A stretch of 63,817 nucleotides of DNA, filler included, from Atractiella rhizophila (Eukaryota): assembly GCA_021432655.1 (NCBI GenBank). It is 11 parts of 11 records of this genome, joined end to end, with 100 filler letters (N's around TTAATTAATTAA, not from the genome) between each part and the next. Parts side by side here need not be neighbours in the genome. Positions count along the whole stretch, not along the records: positions 1 to 6,979 come from MU272252.1; positions 7,080 to 14,043 come from MU272253.1; 9 more parts are not named here. One strand, written 5' to 3'. The notes under the pieces are model-generated. The model searched no databases. It saw only the letters and a program-made list of their open reading frames with translations, and was not told where the DNA came from. Below are positions 1 to 11,577 of this stretch, piece after piece (within the stretch, counting starts at the first letter, position 1; every line of letters starts with the position of its first letter). The translations under genes were made by a program, and so were the position numbers.

Positions 1-2108
1 TTCCCTCCTGCTCCCAGCATATTGACATCACTTCCCTCACCCAGCACTCTTGTGATCGTCACTCCGCTCGTAGCATTCAAGCTTTCCACCAACCAAGGCT
101 TGACCACAGTCACACAGACGCCAGCATCGAACCCAACGTCAATTGCTGGCCCATCCATGGTAGCCGGATAAGTCTTAGTGAGGGGAAACTCGCCAGATGG
201 TGTCACAGCCTCGCCAGTCGCAAGTCGTATGAGGATAACGTCCACAGAGACCCACCCGTCTCCCGCTGAACCATCTTTGAGCGGACGAGAAACGATGGAC
301 AGCGCAACGCCGTTCTGAAAGTAAGGGCCAGCGACAAAGGGTGGTGGATTTGTGTTCGCGCCTGCCGGAAGAGTAAACGTTGAATTCACTGACGACACAT
401 CAGTCGGTAAGAATTGCACTTGGTTAAGAGACGAAGTATCAATCGAGAGGTTGGCATAGAGATTGTCCAAGAGAGATTGGGGAACGAATAGAAAGGTACG
501 TTGGCTCGTTAACGCATCACCAGTCTCGACGAGGATCTGGTCAGTAAAGGAGCTTCCGTCGTCTCCCAGCTTCATGCAGGAGATCTGAGAGCCATAGGCA
601 GGATGCTGGATAAGTGTTGGCTGAGTCTCTCTCGTGGTCTACAAGCGACAGTTAATTAGAGGTGGCATACTGCTCGAAAGAAGTACTGACATCTTTAGCG
701 GCCCCTTTGTTCGTTGCCAAGCTCACAGGCAGAGTCCTGGCGCCCGCCTGATCGAACACATTAGAGGACCAGTTATAAGTACCATATCCTGCTGAATCAG
801 GGTCCTCAGAAAATGTTGTGAAAGTTGGTTCCGTGAAGAAAATATTTCTATCGTCAAACTCCATTGTCACAGAATTTGGAATCTGCAGGGCGGCGACCGA
901 ACGAATCGTCCATTCTGCTGGAAACGTACTGCCGTTGAAGGTCCCAGCAAGTTCTTGTTGGTATGCTAAGTCTTCAGGAGAAAGGTCCATTACAATCGGG
1001 ATGGGATGGAAGGTATTGCTCTGACGTTCAAGGAGTTCAAAGCGAGCAAAGAAATGAACAAAGGAATACGAACTTGTGCCACTGGTGCAGTGGTGAGATT
1101 TACGACACGACCGTAAATGAATCCACCTAATTCAGCAAGAATGACGACGCCAATGAAGTAGAAGATAAAGATGGCCCAAGGCGTTCGATCGTAGTTCCTA
1201 TACGCACCAAATCCTTTCATTAGCTGTGCTTCTGAGGGAAAATCGAGGGGGGCTTACCGAACTTTCCTGCCATACCATTCCGGGTGTGTGAAACGATGCC
1301 ACGCCAGGGTAACCGCTCCTATTGGTCCGCCATTCGTCCAAGTATCTAAATCCCCTACTTTCACTTCATAGTGGATGACAGTGCTCCAGATAATCCTCTC
1401 ATAAATCTTCGTCCCAATCCTAATCAACGCGAACGCGAGTATTAGATTAATGACTGTCCCGGTGATCGCAATGATCGCACGAGCTCCAAAGAGGGAAATC
1501 CCAGAAAGGAAGGCTCTGGGGACAAAGTAGCCAATAGGCCAACAAACTGCCACACAGATTGTAAGAAGGATGAAATTCTTTGGATCAGGAGCGTCGTAAC
1601 TGTCCCGCTCAAGAAACTTCTTTGATGCCATCTCAAGGTTGCGCATGTGCGAGCGTCGGAAATGTTTTGGATCGCGGGGAGAGTGGGAGGAATGAGGAAA
1701 CATAGGATGCCCTATGTCCTGATGATCTTCGATGGTATAGGTTGCCGGAGCCGTGGGATAGGAATCTTCCGTTGGGCTCGCGGGAGATAGAAGAAGCGTC
1801 ACTTCTTGATCTGGAGTTTCAGGACGTGTATGATCTGTGGCCGTCGAGAAACCCCTCTGCACCGGTGGCCTGGAAGACGAAGGGGGAAACTGTGGCGAGG
1901 AAGGCAGATTGAATGATGTGTAGTATGGGTTGTTGTCAGCGGTAGGAGAAGCAGATTGAAGTTCAATGTCGCTTTTCCAACTGGATGGAAGTGGAGGAGG
2001 GTTCTCCTGTGTAGGTGAGAACCGTTCTTGAAATCTTGAGCGAATAGAAGTGGATGACGGTTGTCGGGTCAGGTCAAGAGGCTCAGGACGCTTGTCTCTG
2101 GAGGCCAT
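1..2108 (-). CDS. Multi-exon hypothetical membrane protein; 3' end runs off the window
   Basis: ORFs 1254-2108, 990-1220 and 652-990 and an open frame from ~606 to 1 join through GT-AG introns (donors GTAAG ~1257, GTTCGT ~1073, GTATGC ~670). Ser/Pro-rich N-terminus followed by about three hydrophobic helices (FILLTICVAVCWPIGYFV; IIAITGTVINLILAFALI; WAIFIFYFIGVVILAEL). No family recognised. Confidence 0.75.
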
Positions 2109-4151
2109 TTTGTATGATGAGAAGGAAATCTTTAGGCACAGGGGTTCCGGGGTTATGTGGACGACTCGAAAGCTGAGCCCAATGGGAAGGCTGGCAAAGT
2201 TGAACAGCCCCTTCCTCGGGCTTTAAGTTGTTGTTGTCCGCAGGATGCGTTCTCCTTCAATTGACGGCCTGTCCGCTAAACGGAAGTTAGTAAGGGAAAC
2301 TTCCTCTGCACCTCCCTGAGCTCTCGACCCACAGACTCTCACCTTGATGATGAATTAGGCTGGTCCAGATGATGGATGTGGAACAAAGGGGTGATGGTTG
2401 TTTGGTTTCCTCAATTCTGCTTGTGGGTTGCGGCGGTTGGTCGGCTGTACTCGCTTGTACGCACGACGGAGATGGACAGCCAAATCCGACAAATGTCCAG
2501 CAAGCGAAAACAATCAAGCTCAACCAATCAAGGAGGTGAACAAGCGTTTGCCTGCGCCTTTACAGTAAGGAAAGGGCCAAAGGTGTATCAAGATATGCAG
2601 ACTTGAGGAATGGAGCTTGCAGAAACGAAAAGCGTCCTTCAACGTTCACCACGAACAAGACATCGGAGTGTGATTTTCACACTGGCGATGAACGATCTCC
2701 TGTGCGGTTACCTCTCTCCTGCATGCTAGTCTATGCGCATTGGCGCCTACGGAACTGTGAGAGGAACCTGATGCGGTTGGAGCTTTGCGGATTAATCGGT
2801 TCACATACAATAGTAGGGAGAACTAAGACAGCCATGTCCTGTACTTAAGCCCGTCAAACATCCCATACATGGAAGCAGCGGTGTATGTGAACGAAAGGGA
2901 GGCAAGTGAAGATGTTTGATCGAGGGAAAACCTCGTGGGGGCAGAAAGGGGTATCAGCAGCGACCTCACAAGTCTGAACTTGAAAGGCATGTCACTCTCC
3001 TTGCTCAATAAAAAAGGCGAGAAAGAGCATTTGCAGATCCCATCTCATTCTCGCTAGTTGTCATATATTTAAACGTCCAAACGGAACTGATCATCGAAAT
3101 TAATCATTCATTGAGACGATTCTCTGAACCCACGAAAGGTACAAGCAATCTGCGAAGCGGGCTGCAGCTGCTGACAGAGACGGAACACGCTATCCAGCAC
3201 GAGGATGAACAATTGTGTTCAGCACAATCAATGGAAAGGCAAGCGAGCTATGAAGCTTAAGCGCCAAATGCTTCGGGCCACATTCTTTCTCTTTCAGTCT
3301 TTGCTGGCTTCACCAGCTTCTCCGACGAGTGGTCCCAAAACGACACTTCCAGCATGCTTCTTCACCGCTGCATATAGCATCGACAAACTCACTATAACAT
3401 ATATGAGCGTTTCTCCTGGCATAACAGAGAAATGATTTTGACAGGAGAAAAGAGCTAGAGTAGATTCTGTGAGCGCACAGAAATTGTGCACGCTTCGGGG
3501 AGAATAATCCTTCTTTTCTCCAAAGCACATTTACGATTTCTTATTCTTTCCAATCGATTTCATGAACTGGCTAAACCGTTGGCGCATCGCCAGCAGGCTG
3601 CCCAAATACGCGATTTTGCGGGTTGTCCCGTACTCTAGGTGTTGATTCATAGGCAAGATGGCTTCGCTACTCACAGCCCCTGGGAGCGCGGAAAGACTCA
3701 CTTTCATACCAAGCTCACTTAATTACTTAGTCCACATCGTCCTTCAGGCCGCCTCCAAAAGATCCAAAATCTCCTTCGACCTCCTAGCATATCTGCAGCA
3801 CCATTACCACCTCGTCTCCCCCGTTTCTTCCCTCCCCAGTTCAAGCTCACGCCTGGAGATAAGGATGGTACTCTTGTTCCTTGTTTTAGTTCCAGTCGTT
3901 CGGAATACCTGCNNNNNNNNNNNNNNNNNNNNNNNNNNNNNNNNNNNNNNNNNNNNNNNNNNNNNNNNNNNNNNNNNNNNNNNNNNNNNNNNNNNNNNNN
4001 NNNNNNNNNNNNNNNNNNNNNNNNNNNNNNNNATTACAGAAATTACACAAGCTCAATTGTCCTAAAACAGTCTTCCAGGCCCGACTGAACTCGGAAGTTC
4101 ACAAAAACGGGTGGGATTATTACAACACTGGTTTTCACAAGCACGGAATGC

Positions 4152-5233
4152 TCAATTCTTCTGAGGGAGCGGCGGTGCTGGTGTGTAGGCAGGTGCGGCT
4201 GTTGTGGAAGTGGCGGGCACCTTACTGGCAAAAAACCAAGTATCCACTATAATAAGAATGTCAGCGGTCTCTAGCACATACTGCGAAGGAAAACTCACGG
4301 TCTGGTGCTGTATCACCTGCGCCATAGCTCATATCCACACTCCCAACAAGCTCATATCCCGCATTATCCATTGCACTGAGAATGTTGCAAGCCAACAGCT
4401 ACCATATGCTTAACCTCACGGAACGTGAACTTTTAAGAAAGACAGACTTTTGATCGGACCACTTGTTCGCCGTCACTGGTCCACCATGGGTTCTTTCGCA
4501 ACTTCATCTGAAAAGTGTCAGGTTCTTTCATTCGCGACTCCTGGATCCCGTATGACCACGTCTGAAACCAAGTCAGAACCTGACAACAACGCGGATATCA
4601 ATCATACTTGAATCGCCGCTGTAAATGCGGCGGTGACCGCATCACTTGGTGAGTCTATTATTCTCACTTTGTCGCTTTCGTTAAACGAGATGCTGAAGAA
4701 AATCCTCTGTGACCGTTCAGTTAGCGGGGGCGAACACAGAAGCTTTACCGCCTACATGAACATGCGGCGCCGCTCTGAAGAACATTGTGTCCTTGTCTCG
4801 TGCTTTCTTGGTGAGGTCGCACGAGGCGTGAAGAATCCAGCCTTCGCTCGAGAGTGTGGTGAGAACATGAATGATCAAGCGTCTCGCCCTGGCACGTCCG
4901 CACTTTCGTAAGTTCTCAGGGGGGTTAAAGCACATGAACTGACGATATGGCTTCGCTGCCTTGGCCATACCAAGGATTACCTAGTAGGAGGTTGGAGACG
5001 TTGATCAGAATGGAAAGAATGGAAAGAGAGCTGCCAACCGTACCGGACAGTTTCCACTCCCAAGTCCCTTCATACAGACCTTGTCTCTGGATGCCTCGTC
5101 CCCAAGCACGCTTCACGGTTTCGTTTACCGCATTGATCGTATCTTTGGTGAAGCCACAGAGACGAAGTTTGTCAGTGCTGCTAAGAAGCACACAAGCAAA
5201 GACGGCGGGATAGGGAGGAGGCGCTCCGCTCAT
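4152..5233 (-). CDS. Uncharacterised protein built from two homologous repeats
   Basis: Spliced translation MSGAPPPYPAVFACVLLSSTDKLRL...WGRGIQ...WKLSGNPW...GWILHASCDLTKKARDKDTMFF, then FSISFNESDKVRII...WSYGIQ...MKLRKNPWW...GYELVGSVDMS...DTWFF; stop TGA at 4152-4154; several short GT-AG introns. Confidence 0.75.
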
Positions 5234-6242
5234 ATCTAAACAAATCTGAAGCTGATGTAGCTGATGCAAAGACAGGGGTTGTTATCGAGGTTATCGCCTG
5301 CGCTTTAAGAAGGCTACAGGACATATACATGAGTGGGTTTCGTTCGGTCCACCCACTGCGCACAATGTCAATGTCTGCCGCCACCAAAGGTAATGTCCGC
5401 AGTAAATAAGAGCTGGATGTGTGCTTTGCTTTCCCAGCGAGGAGGAAATCGAGTCCGGGTGATGAGCGTGCTTTCCTTCTCGCTTCCCTTGCTCTTGTTT
5501 TCGCACAAAAGTGAATAAACCAACTCCAGATTCGGAAGCTCTCCACTGATACCGATAAGACTCGCTTCAGTGCAAACCATTCCACTCAACGCCAATCGCC
5601 AACCTATTTCAGAAACCAATGTCTTTGCTTGTCTTCATTAACACCGATAAAACTCTACCACATGCTGATACATATATTAGCACAACCGAACCGAACATCA
5701 GCGACAGCAAGTTGAAACCCCTGAGGGAGATGGCAGAAGCGCAGGCAACCGATGCTGTCACGGGATACTGCAAATATGCTGCTGCAGATACTGTTAGGTA
5801 GTTAGGACGATCGAGGCGTCTTGGTAAGCGTTACTCCTTGAGACTGACAATGTAAGAGGAGACAGGCTGAGGATCAACTTGGTGAAAGGAATCGAATTGC
5901 AGCACTAAATCCAGACGTTGAGGCATTGATTCTTGATAATTATCGTATCCATGTTGCCGCATTGTCGTCCAAGTAATGAAAGCAAACCTGGTTGACGGAC
6001 ATTCCCGCTAAATGGTCAAGACTCGCACTTGACGACGTTGTCAAGACCAGTCACCGCATTGGGACGCGAGCAATGGCGTGTTCTAAATGAACTTCCTGCC
6101 TTATCTGGACTTTCCATTCCCAATTCCCCATCCGTTGATTTCATTCCAGTCTTCTACGTGCCTAATCTTTGACTTGTCTGGCAGCTACGCCGAGTTCTTT
6201 AGTCTTTCTTTCATTACGGCCAGGTGCCCTCCACGGACAATC

Positions 6243-6554
6243 ATGAGCCGGTTCTTCCTTCTCTGGTGCTGCTGGACAAGCCTTTTGAGCATTTTCGCTT
6301 ACGCTCAGTTCGCTCCACCTTTACCGCCACGATCTCTTCTCTTGAACCCCATTGACCAGCCCATCCGCTTCACGCCATCTGGACTCCTAACTCTCGCTTT
6401 CAGTGGTCAGAAGAAGAATATATTTACTGGTGGAAGGGGTGTACCGGATGGAACAGCTGTTAGTAGCGCAGACGGTACGTTTAACTGCACGTGGAAGAAT
6501 ACAAGACATGTTGATTCTTTCTGTGTTCTTGGTGGATTGCTTGGACAGTCCTAA
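6243..6554 (+). CDS. Possible secreted protein N-terminus; downstream structure uncertain
   Basis: MSRFFLLWCCWTSLLSIFAYA-Q resembles a signal peptide. Sequence beyond ~6400 may be mirror-reversed (see findings). Confidence 0.3.
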   Translation: MSRFFLLWCCWTSLLSIFAYAQFAPPLPPRSLLLNPIDQPIRFTPSGLLTLAFSGQKKNIFTGGRGVPDGTAVSSADGTFNCTWKNTRHVDSFCVLGGLLGQS

Positions 6555-6979
6555 ACGATGAACCTTCCGCCTCTTTCACACCTTCACGTAATGCAACTAT
6601 CTCTGGCGGAGCATTGAGCTTCGTTACGCTCTCGACGATGAGCAGCATGAACAGCTCGTAGGTTCCCTCTTACAATGACTCACCGTTTCTATCAGTTCAT
6701 GTGATGGATAGCTACGTCCTTCTTTGGAAGAGTGTAACTGCTCTTCGTGGGCCAGAAAATAATGGGAGCTATGCAATTGAGTGGGGTGAAGGTGGCATGG
6801 AGTGGGAAAGTCCTGATGAGCAGAGTTCTAGGTGGGTGTTTCTCACTTGTGGCCTCTTTCAACTTTTCCTTCGTGTGAAGGAGTGAACGCGTCTGTTCAA
6901 TACAGTTTCCGCGTCTTTCCCTTCTATCTTATAGACAGAGCGCTCGCTGGCTAGCACAAAATGATTAGGAAGGACATAC

Positions 6980-7079
6980 NNNNNNNNNNNNNNNNNNNNN
7001 NNNNNNNNNNNNNNNNNNNNNNNTTAATTAATTAANNNNNNNNNNNNNNNNNNNNNNNNNNNNNNNNNNNNNNNNNNNN
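6980..7079. other. Artificial scaffold linker
   Basis: N44-TTAATTAATTAA-N44, stop codons in all six frames. Confidence 0.98.
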
Positions 7080-10000
7080 AATTTCGTTATATCCTTAGAA
7101 GAGTTGAACGCACCTCTTTCTCCGATCGAGTAGCACTTTCTTCAAAGCAGCCGCCAACTGAACCAACTTCTCCCCCGCTCAGTTCTTTTCAACCCCTCCT
7201 ATCGATCCCCCTCCACCCATCTTCGAGCACATAACCCCTGACTGTTATCCCTCCTCCTGACGCCGATTCTTTAAGGGAAAAGAGTGGGGACTTAGCAGAG
7301 TGCGGTTGATTTCGGTAGACCACGCGCAAACGTTGGAGCTTTGATGGGTGATTTAGTGGAATAGGACTGACGTCCTGGCGGATGATCGTGGACGAAACGC
7401 AGGGAGGACATCGATTCTTCTTGAAGCGATGAGAGCAATGGTTCTAGCGGCAAGTGAGCGTAAACGTGCATCCTGCGATATGAAGCTAGCAAGGTCAATG
7501 TAACTCCTGGTATACAGAGATCAAGATGATAGAAGAACCCGATGTTTGCCCACAAACTCCGGAATAGTGTCTTTGAACAACTTGACCTCTGCAGCCTCAG
7601 GTCATGACGCAGTCTTAGTCATCGGTGCCAGGCAGAGGTCAGGAAAGGCTCAATAGATAGACTTGAGCAATGACTTTCTTACCAAAGAGAGGAGGTAAAA
7701 GGGCAGTCTTCCTCCCATCACACTGCTGATGCATCTTTCGAGGGGCCGAAGGACTGAGGACTACTGACTAGAGCAGTAACGCGGACTGACCAGCGAAGGC
7801 GAGGAGGTCTGTGATGTTCGAGAGGACTGCGTCTAGCTCTATCTCTGTGAGCCGGAGCAGAAGTGCGATTGACATTTTGAATGCGTAGTTGTGCTAGCTG
7901 TGCGGTCATTCGATCAAAACTGGGGAGGGCAGGAATGCGGCAGTATTCTCTTCTTCCTTAAACGTGGGGAGATGAAGGTGTGGACGAGCTTGACCGGAGG
8001 AAAGCGTCTGTATCAAAATTGCCTCCAAAAGTAGTGACGCAGCCTCCTGAATTCAAGCTGTATGTGAACCAAGGTTCGTCCGCCAGCTCGCTACGTTCTT
8101 TGCGTAGAACGTGTCAGTCCGATTCCAGGACATTGTAGTTCTTGTCGCAGTCCTCGTAGGGTCGAGAAAGACTAGACAGGATGCCTGTGTGAGGAAGGTG
8201 ACTTAGTGTTTGCGGTGTAGGCGTAAAGGTGCTGGAATATCTGCACCGCATAATAAGCAAAGTTGTCAGGAACGTCGCACCAGTCGTTTGTTCAATTCAT
8301 ACCCGATTGGCGGCTTCCGCAACTGATATCGTGGTACTGTTCGACTTCCTATGCGAATCTGACTTCGTTCCACTGCTGTTACAGGCCGCCAACAATCGCA
8401 GCAGTTATTGAAAACCGATGGGAACATCTGTATCATCGCTCGGATAGTGGGTAAATAAGGACAGTAGTGGAGTTGCTATAGATGTCTGTAGATTCCAATT
8501 CTAAATTGCCAAAGACGTACTAAAAGAGTAGCACTGATTCCATCTGAATCGAGACATCAATTGACTGTCTTTGGTGCACCATTCCAAAGACGCCACTGCT
8601 CAGCTACAGTATTTTCAGCTACTTCCTTCCACACAGTGGACAGTCTAGTGTCCATTCCAAACGGAAACACAGGCACATTCAGGACATACGCCGACCAGTC
8701 AAAGAACAGCTGGACATGCCCATAATATGTCCTGAAAGGCCTGAACCCTGGTCAACAGCTCCGCTCCAAACGGTAAACATAGATGCATCTGTCTTCCTCC
8801 TTTTTATAAGGGGAAATCATGATTTCTTCAACGCGACGGAGGCATTTCAGTAACGGTAACAGTAAGTCTTGCGCTCCATCCCCAAACCTTGCTGTCGTGA
8901 ATCTTTCTGCTTGACGATCTCACTCATTCTTGACAGCCACAAACGGCAGACAAGATTGTCAAAAAGATATGTAGGACCTCAGGATAGTTCTCTCAGCCAC
9001 TTCTGTTATCAAAACAAAACGGCCATCTCAGAGCAACATGACGGACTTCTCAGCAGTTTCCTAGAGTGCCATGGCAATCTCTAAGACACTTTCCACATGT
9101 GCAACGCCTATCATGGGCGGAAAACCAATCATTGTGTCGGAGGAAGAGGTGAGCTTTTTTCCATCTTGACTGCTCCAGGCTGCTCGAAACTGATAGACCG
9201 ACCCAGTTCTGGACTAATTGTGCTAACTGACAGCACGACACTCGATACACCACACAATCTCCCTTCAAGGATGTCTGTAAACCACAGAAGGTTGCAGGCG
9301 CTGCTAGAGGTGTTTAATGCAGAATGAAAAGGGATGTAAAAAGTGCTGTGGTTGCGTCCCATTTTAATGCACTGGCAGATGTTGCGTGCCCAGAAAGGTT
9401 GACATCGTCGGAGACGATAATATTTGAACCATGGACCAGTTCGTGGCAATATTATACTACGCACCGCGATTAGTTGCTCTTCAGACCTGCTTGATCATCT
9501 CCAAAGAGAATAGGCGAAACATGTCCGCAAATCAACGGACCCAAAGTTTACTCACATCTGGCTTCTTCCTGTGATCGATATATACCAACGTCGGCAGCGG
9601 CCCATAAGGACGGACTGCCCACTTTGGTTCAACGGTTTCCATGAATATGATATGTCACAGTAGGGAATGGAAAGCTTGGACGTTCTCTGATGCATGACAG
9701 CGGAACTGAGTGGCATTCAGATTACCTAGAATATAGTTGTTGCCCGACACCTGTTCATATAGGACTCATTACGGGGAATCATGGAAAATGTCTCTTACGC
9801 TAGAAATTCTGTGACGGACTTGCCGCAAAACACAGGAACATTCAGGCCGTTGCGGACGCCCCACCTCCCCGTTACAAATTGCAAGACGGTGAAGCAATGT
9901 GTCTAGGACCGATTCTAGCCATAGACACAATTTGACTATCTTTGTCCCACCGCTGAACAGATGTCAACTACCAATCATCCGAGGAACACACCCCTCAAAG

Positions 10001-10485
10001 GTCAAAGAAACCATTTTACTCTGCCCCAGCGCTCCTTCCGTCGCAATGTCATTGAGCTACTGGTCCATTTCCTTTGTTTTTTGAGGTTTGGCGAAACCGC
10101 GAGAGCACCGCATGCATCCTTATTTCAAAAGCACGACGGGTTTTGACCATGACTCACGCATGTACTTTTGAGCCCTTATATCACCGCCCACAACAACCCT
10201 TTCAGAATTCTGAGTATACCACCAGAATACGCGTGTCGGCGCCTTTCGAACCGTATACAGCAAAGACTATTTGAAACATGAAAAAAAATTAGCTTCAAAA
10301 CTAAGTCAGGTGACTTCTCCCCGAGGGTTAGGTTAGTAGCTTTTGATGTAGAAAACATAAAAGCTCTCGATCCTGGTTGCTTCAGGACCAAGCTTTTCCG
10401 GTCAGAAAAGGGTACTCAAGAGTTCAAAAGAAAAACATGCAATTCTCTGTGATTTTCTACAGCGTCATGGCATTCTCCGTGATAT

Positions 10486-10766
10486 CACGACGGGCAAAAT
10501 TAGCTCCGCGAACCAAATTTCCCGGTCGCGGAGGTTATCTCCGCGACCAGCATTTCAATTAGCTCCGCGACCTGCCCCGCCCGGGCCATCTCAAAATGAT
10601 AGGCCGGGCAGATTCCGGCTCACCGGCTAAGCAACTCGAACTTGTTTCTAAGTGGCCAAAGTGGTGGCCGTGACAGCGTGGTCGCGGAGGTAATTCAAGT
10701 GCCGGTCGCGGAGCTTACCTCCGCGACCCGGAAATCCTGTCCGCGGAGGTAATTTTGCCCGTCGTG
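10486..10766. mobile_element. 281-bp MITE with ~87-bp imperfect terminal inverted repeats and 3-bp TSD (CMC/EnSpm-like ends)
   Basis: Left end CACGACGGGCAAAATTAGCTCCGCG; reverse complement of right end CACGACGGGCAAAATTACCTCCGCG; repeated CTCCGCGACC sub-motifs; flanked by TAT at 10483-10485 and 10767-10769. Confidence 0.8.
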
Positions 10767-11453
10767 TATCCTGCACTTCATCTGCCCCTGCAGTTCGTAG
10801 TGCTGGTCCTATCATGGTTTCCGAAGAGGAGGTAAGTTCCTGTTCCATTGAACCATCGAAACTGATAAGCAAGCCAAGTTTTGGACTAATTGGGCCACTG
10901 GAAACTTGACCATTGACACTGCTTTTAAGTCAAATTTCGACTGCCTCAATGTTGACTGAAATATGTCCACAGGTTACGGAGCGTGTTCTGTGGTAAGCAT
11001 TTTTCATAATCTGAGTCGTGGACACCAAAACGATTTCTACAGAGTTGCAGCAGATGCTGCTCTTGCGTTTCCTCCCAATGCACCGGAACTTGGTAAGAAA
11101 TCTCGGAGAAACTGAGACCACTTAATCAGTCAGTCAGATCAAGCAACCAGGCCTTCAACAACAAGGAAAAATCAGCCTTACTATTTCCACAGTGTTCACA
11201 ATGTGAAAGTTCTTCCCCTTAAGAAACTCTTTTGGTCTCTGTCAGGGTTCACTTATAGAGCATGACACACATTCTGGAATTTGTAGCAAATGGTCTGGAA
11301 CGTTCTATCAGACATGTAGCAAATACAGGTAATGGTGGAATACGCTGGAACATTCTGGAACCTGTGGCTGTTTGTGTATAAATACCCCTGCCAATGGAGT
11401 GAGATATCCAGATTGGTTCTCTTAGGATATCCACTCTACTTGGCAGGTTAGTA

Positions 11454-11577
11454 TCTCTCTTGTATCATTGTAATAACAAGTGTGTCATCGGCCTTCGTCC
11501 CTCAGGCCCCCCAACCCACTCGCAAGGGGCATGGCCCCTTGAACCCTAATGTGACTCTTGTGAGGGTTCAAGTCTAG
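11454..11577 (+). mobile_element. Possible tiny non-autonomous Helitron-like insertion
   Basis: A|TC...CTAG|T boundaries; hairpins CAAGGGGC-ATG-GCCCCTTG and CTTGAACCCT...AGGGTTCAAG just before the CTAG. Single copy in the window. Confidence 0.25.

Noticed and set aside
3600..3912. A further mirrored block before the 3913-4032 gap
   Set aside because: The reversed reading gives a plausible short terminal exon, but AT and TA counts are about equal and no junction gene confirms it. Left unresolved.
7080..10480. Short ORFs in the gene-poor part of scaffold 2
   Set aside because: Frames are broken by stops and show no recognisable domain; possibly decayed genes or transposons, but not supportable.
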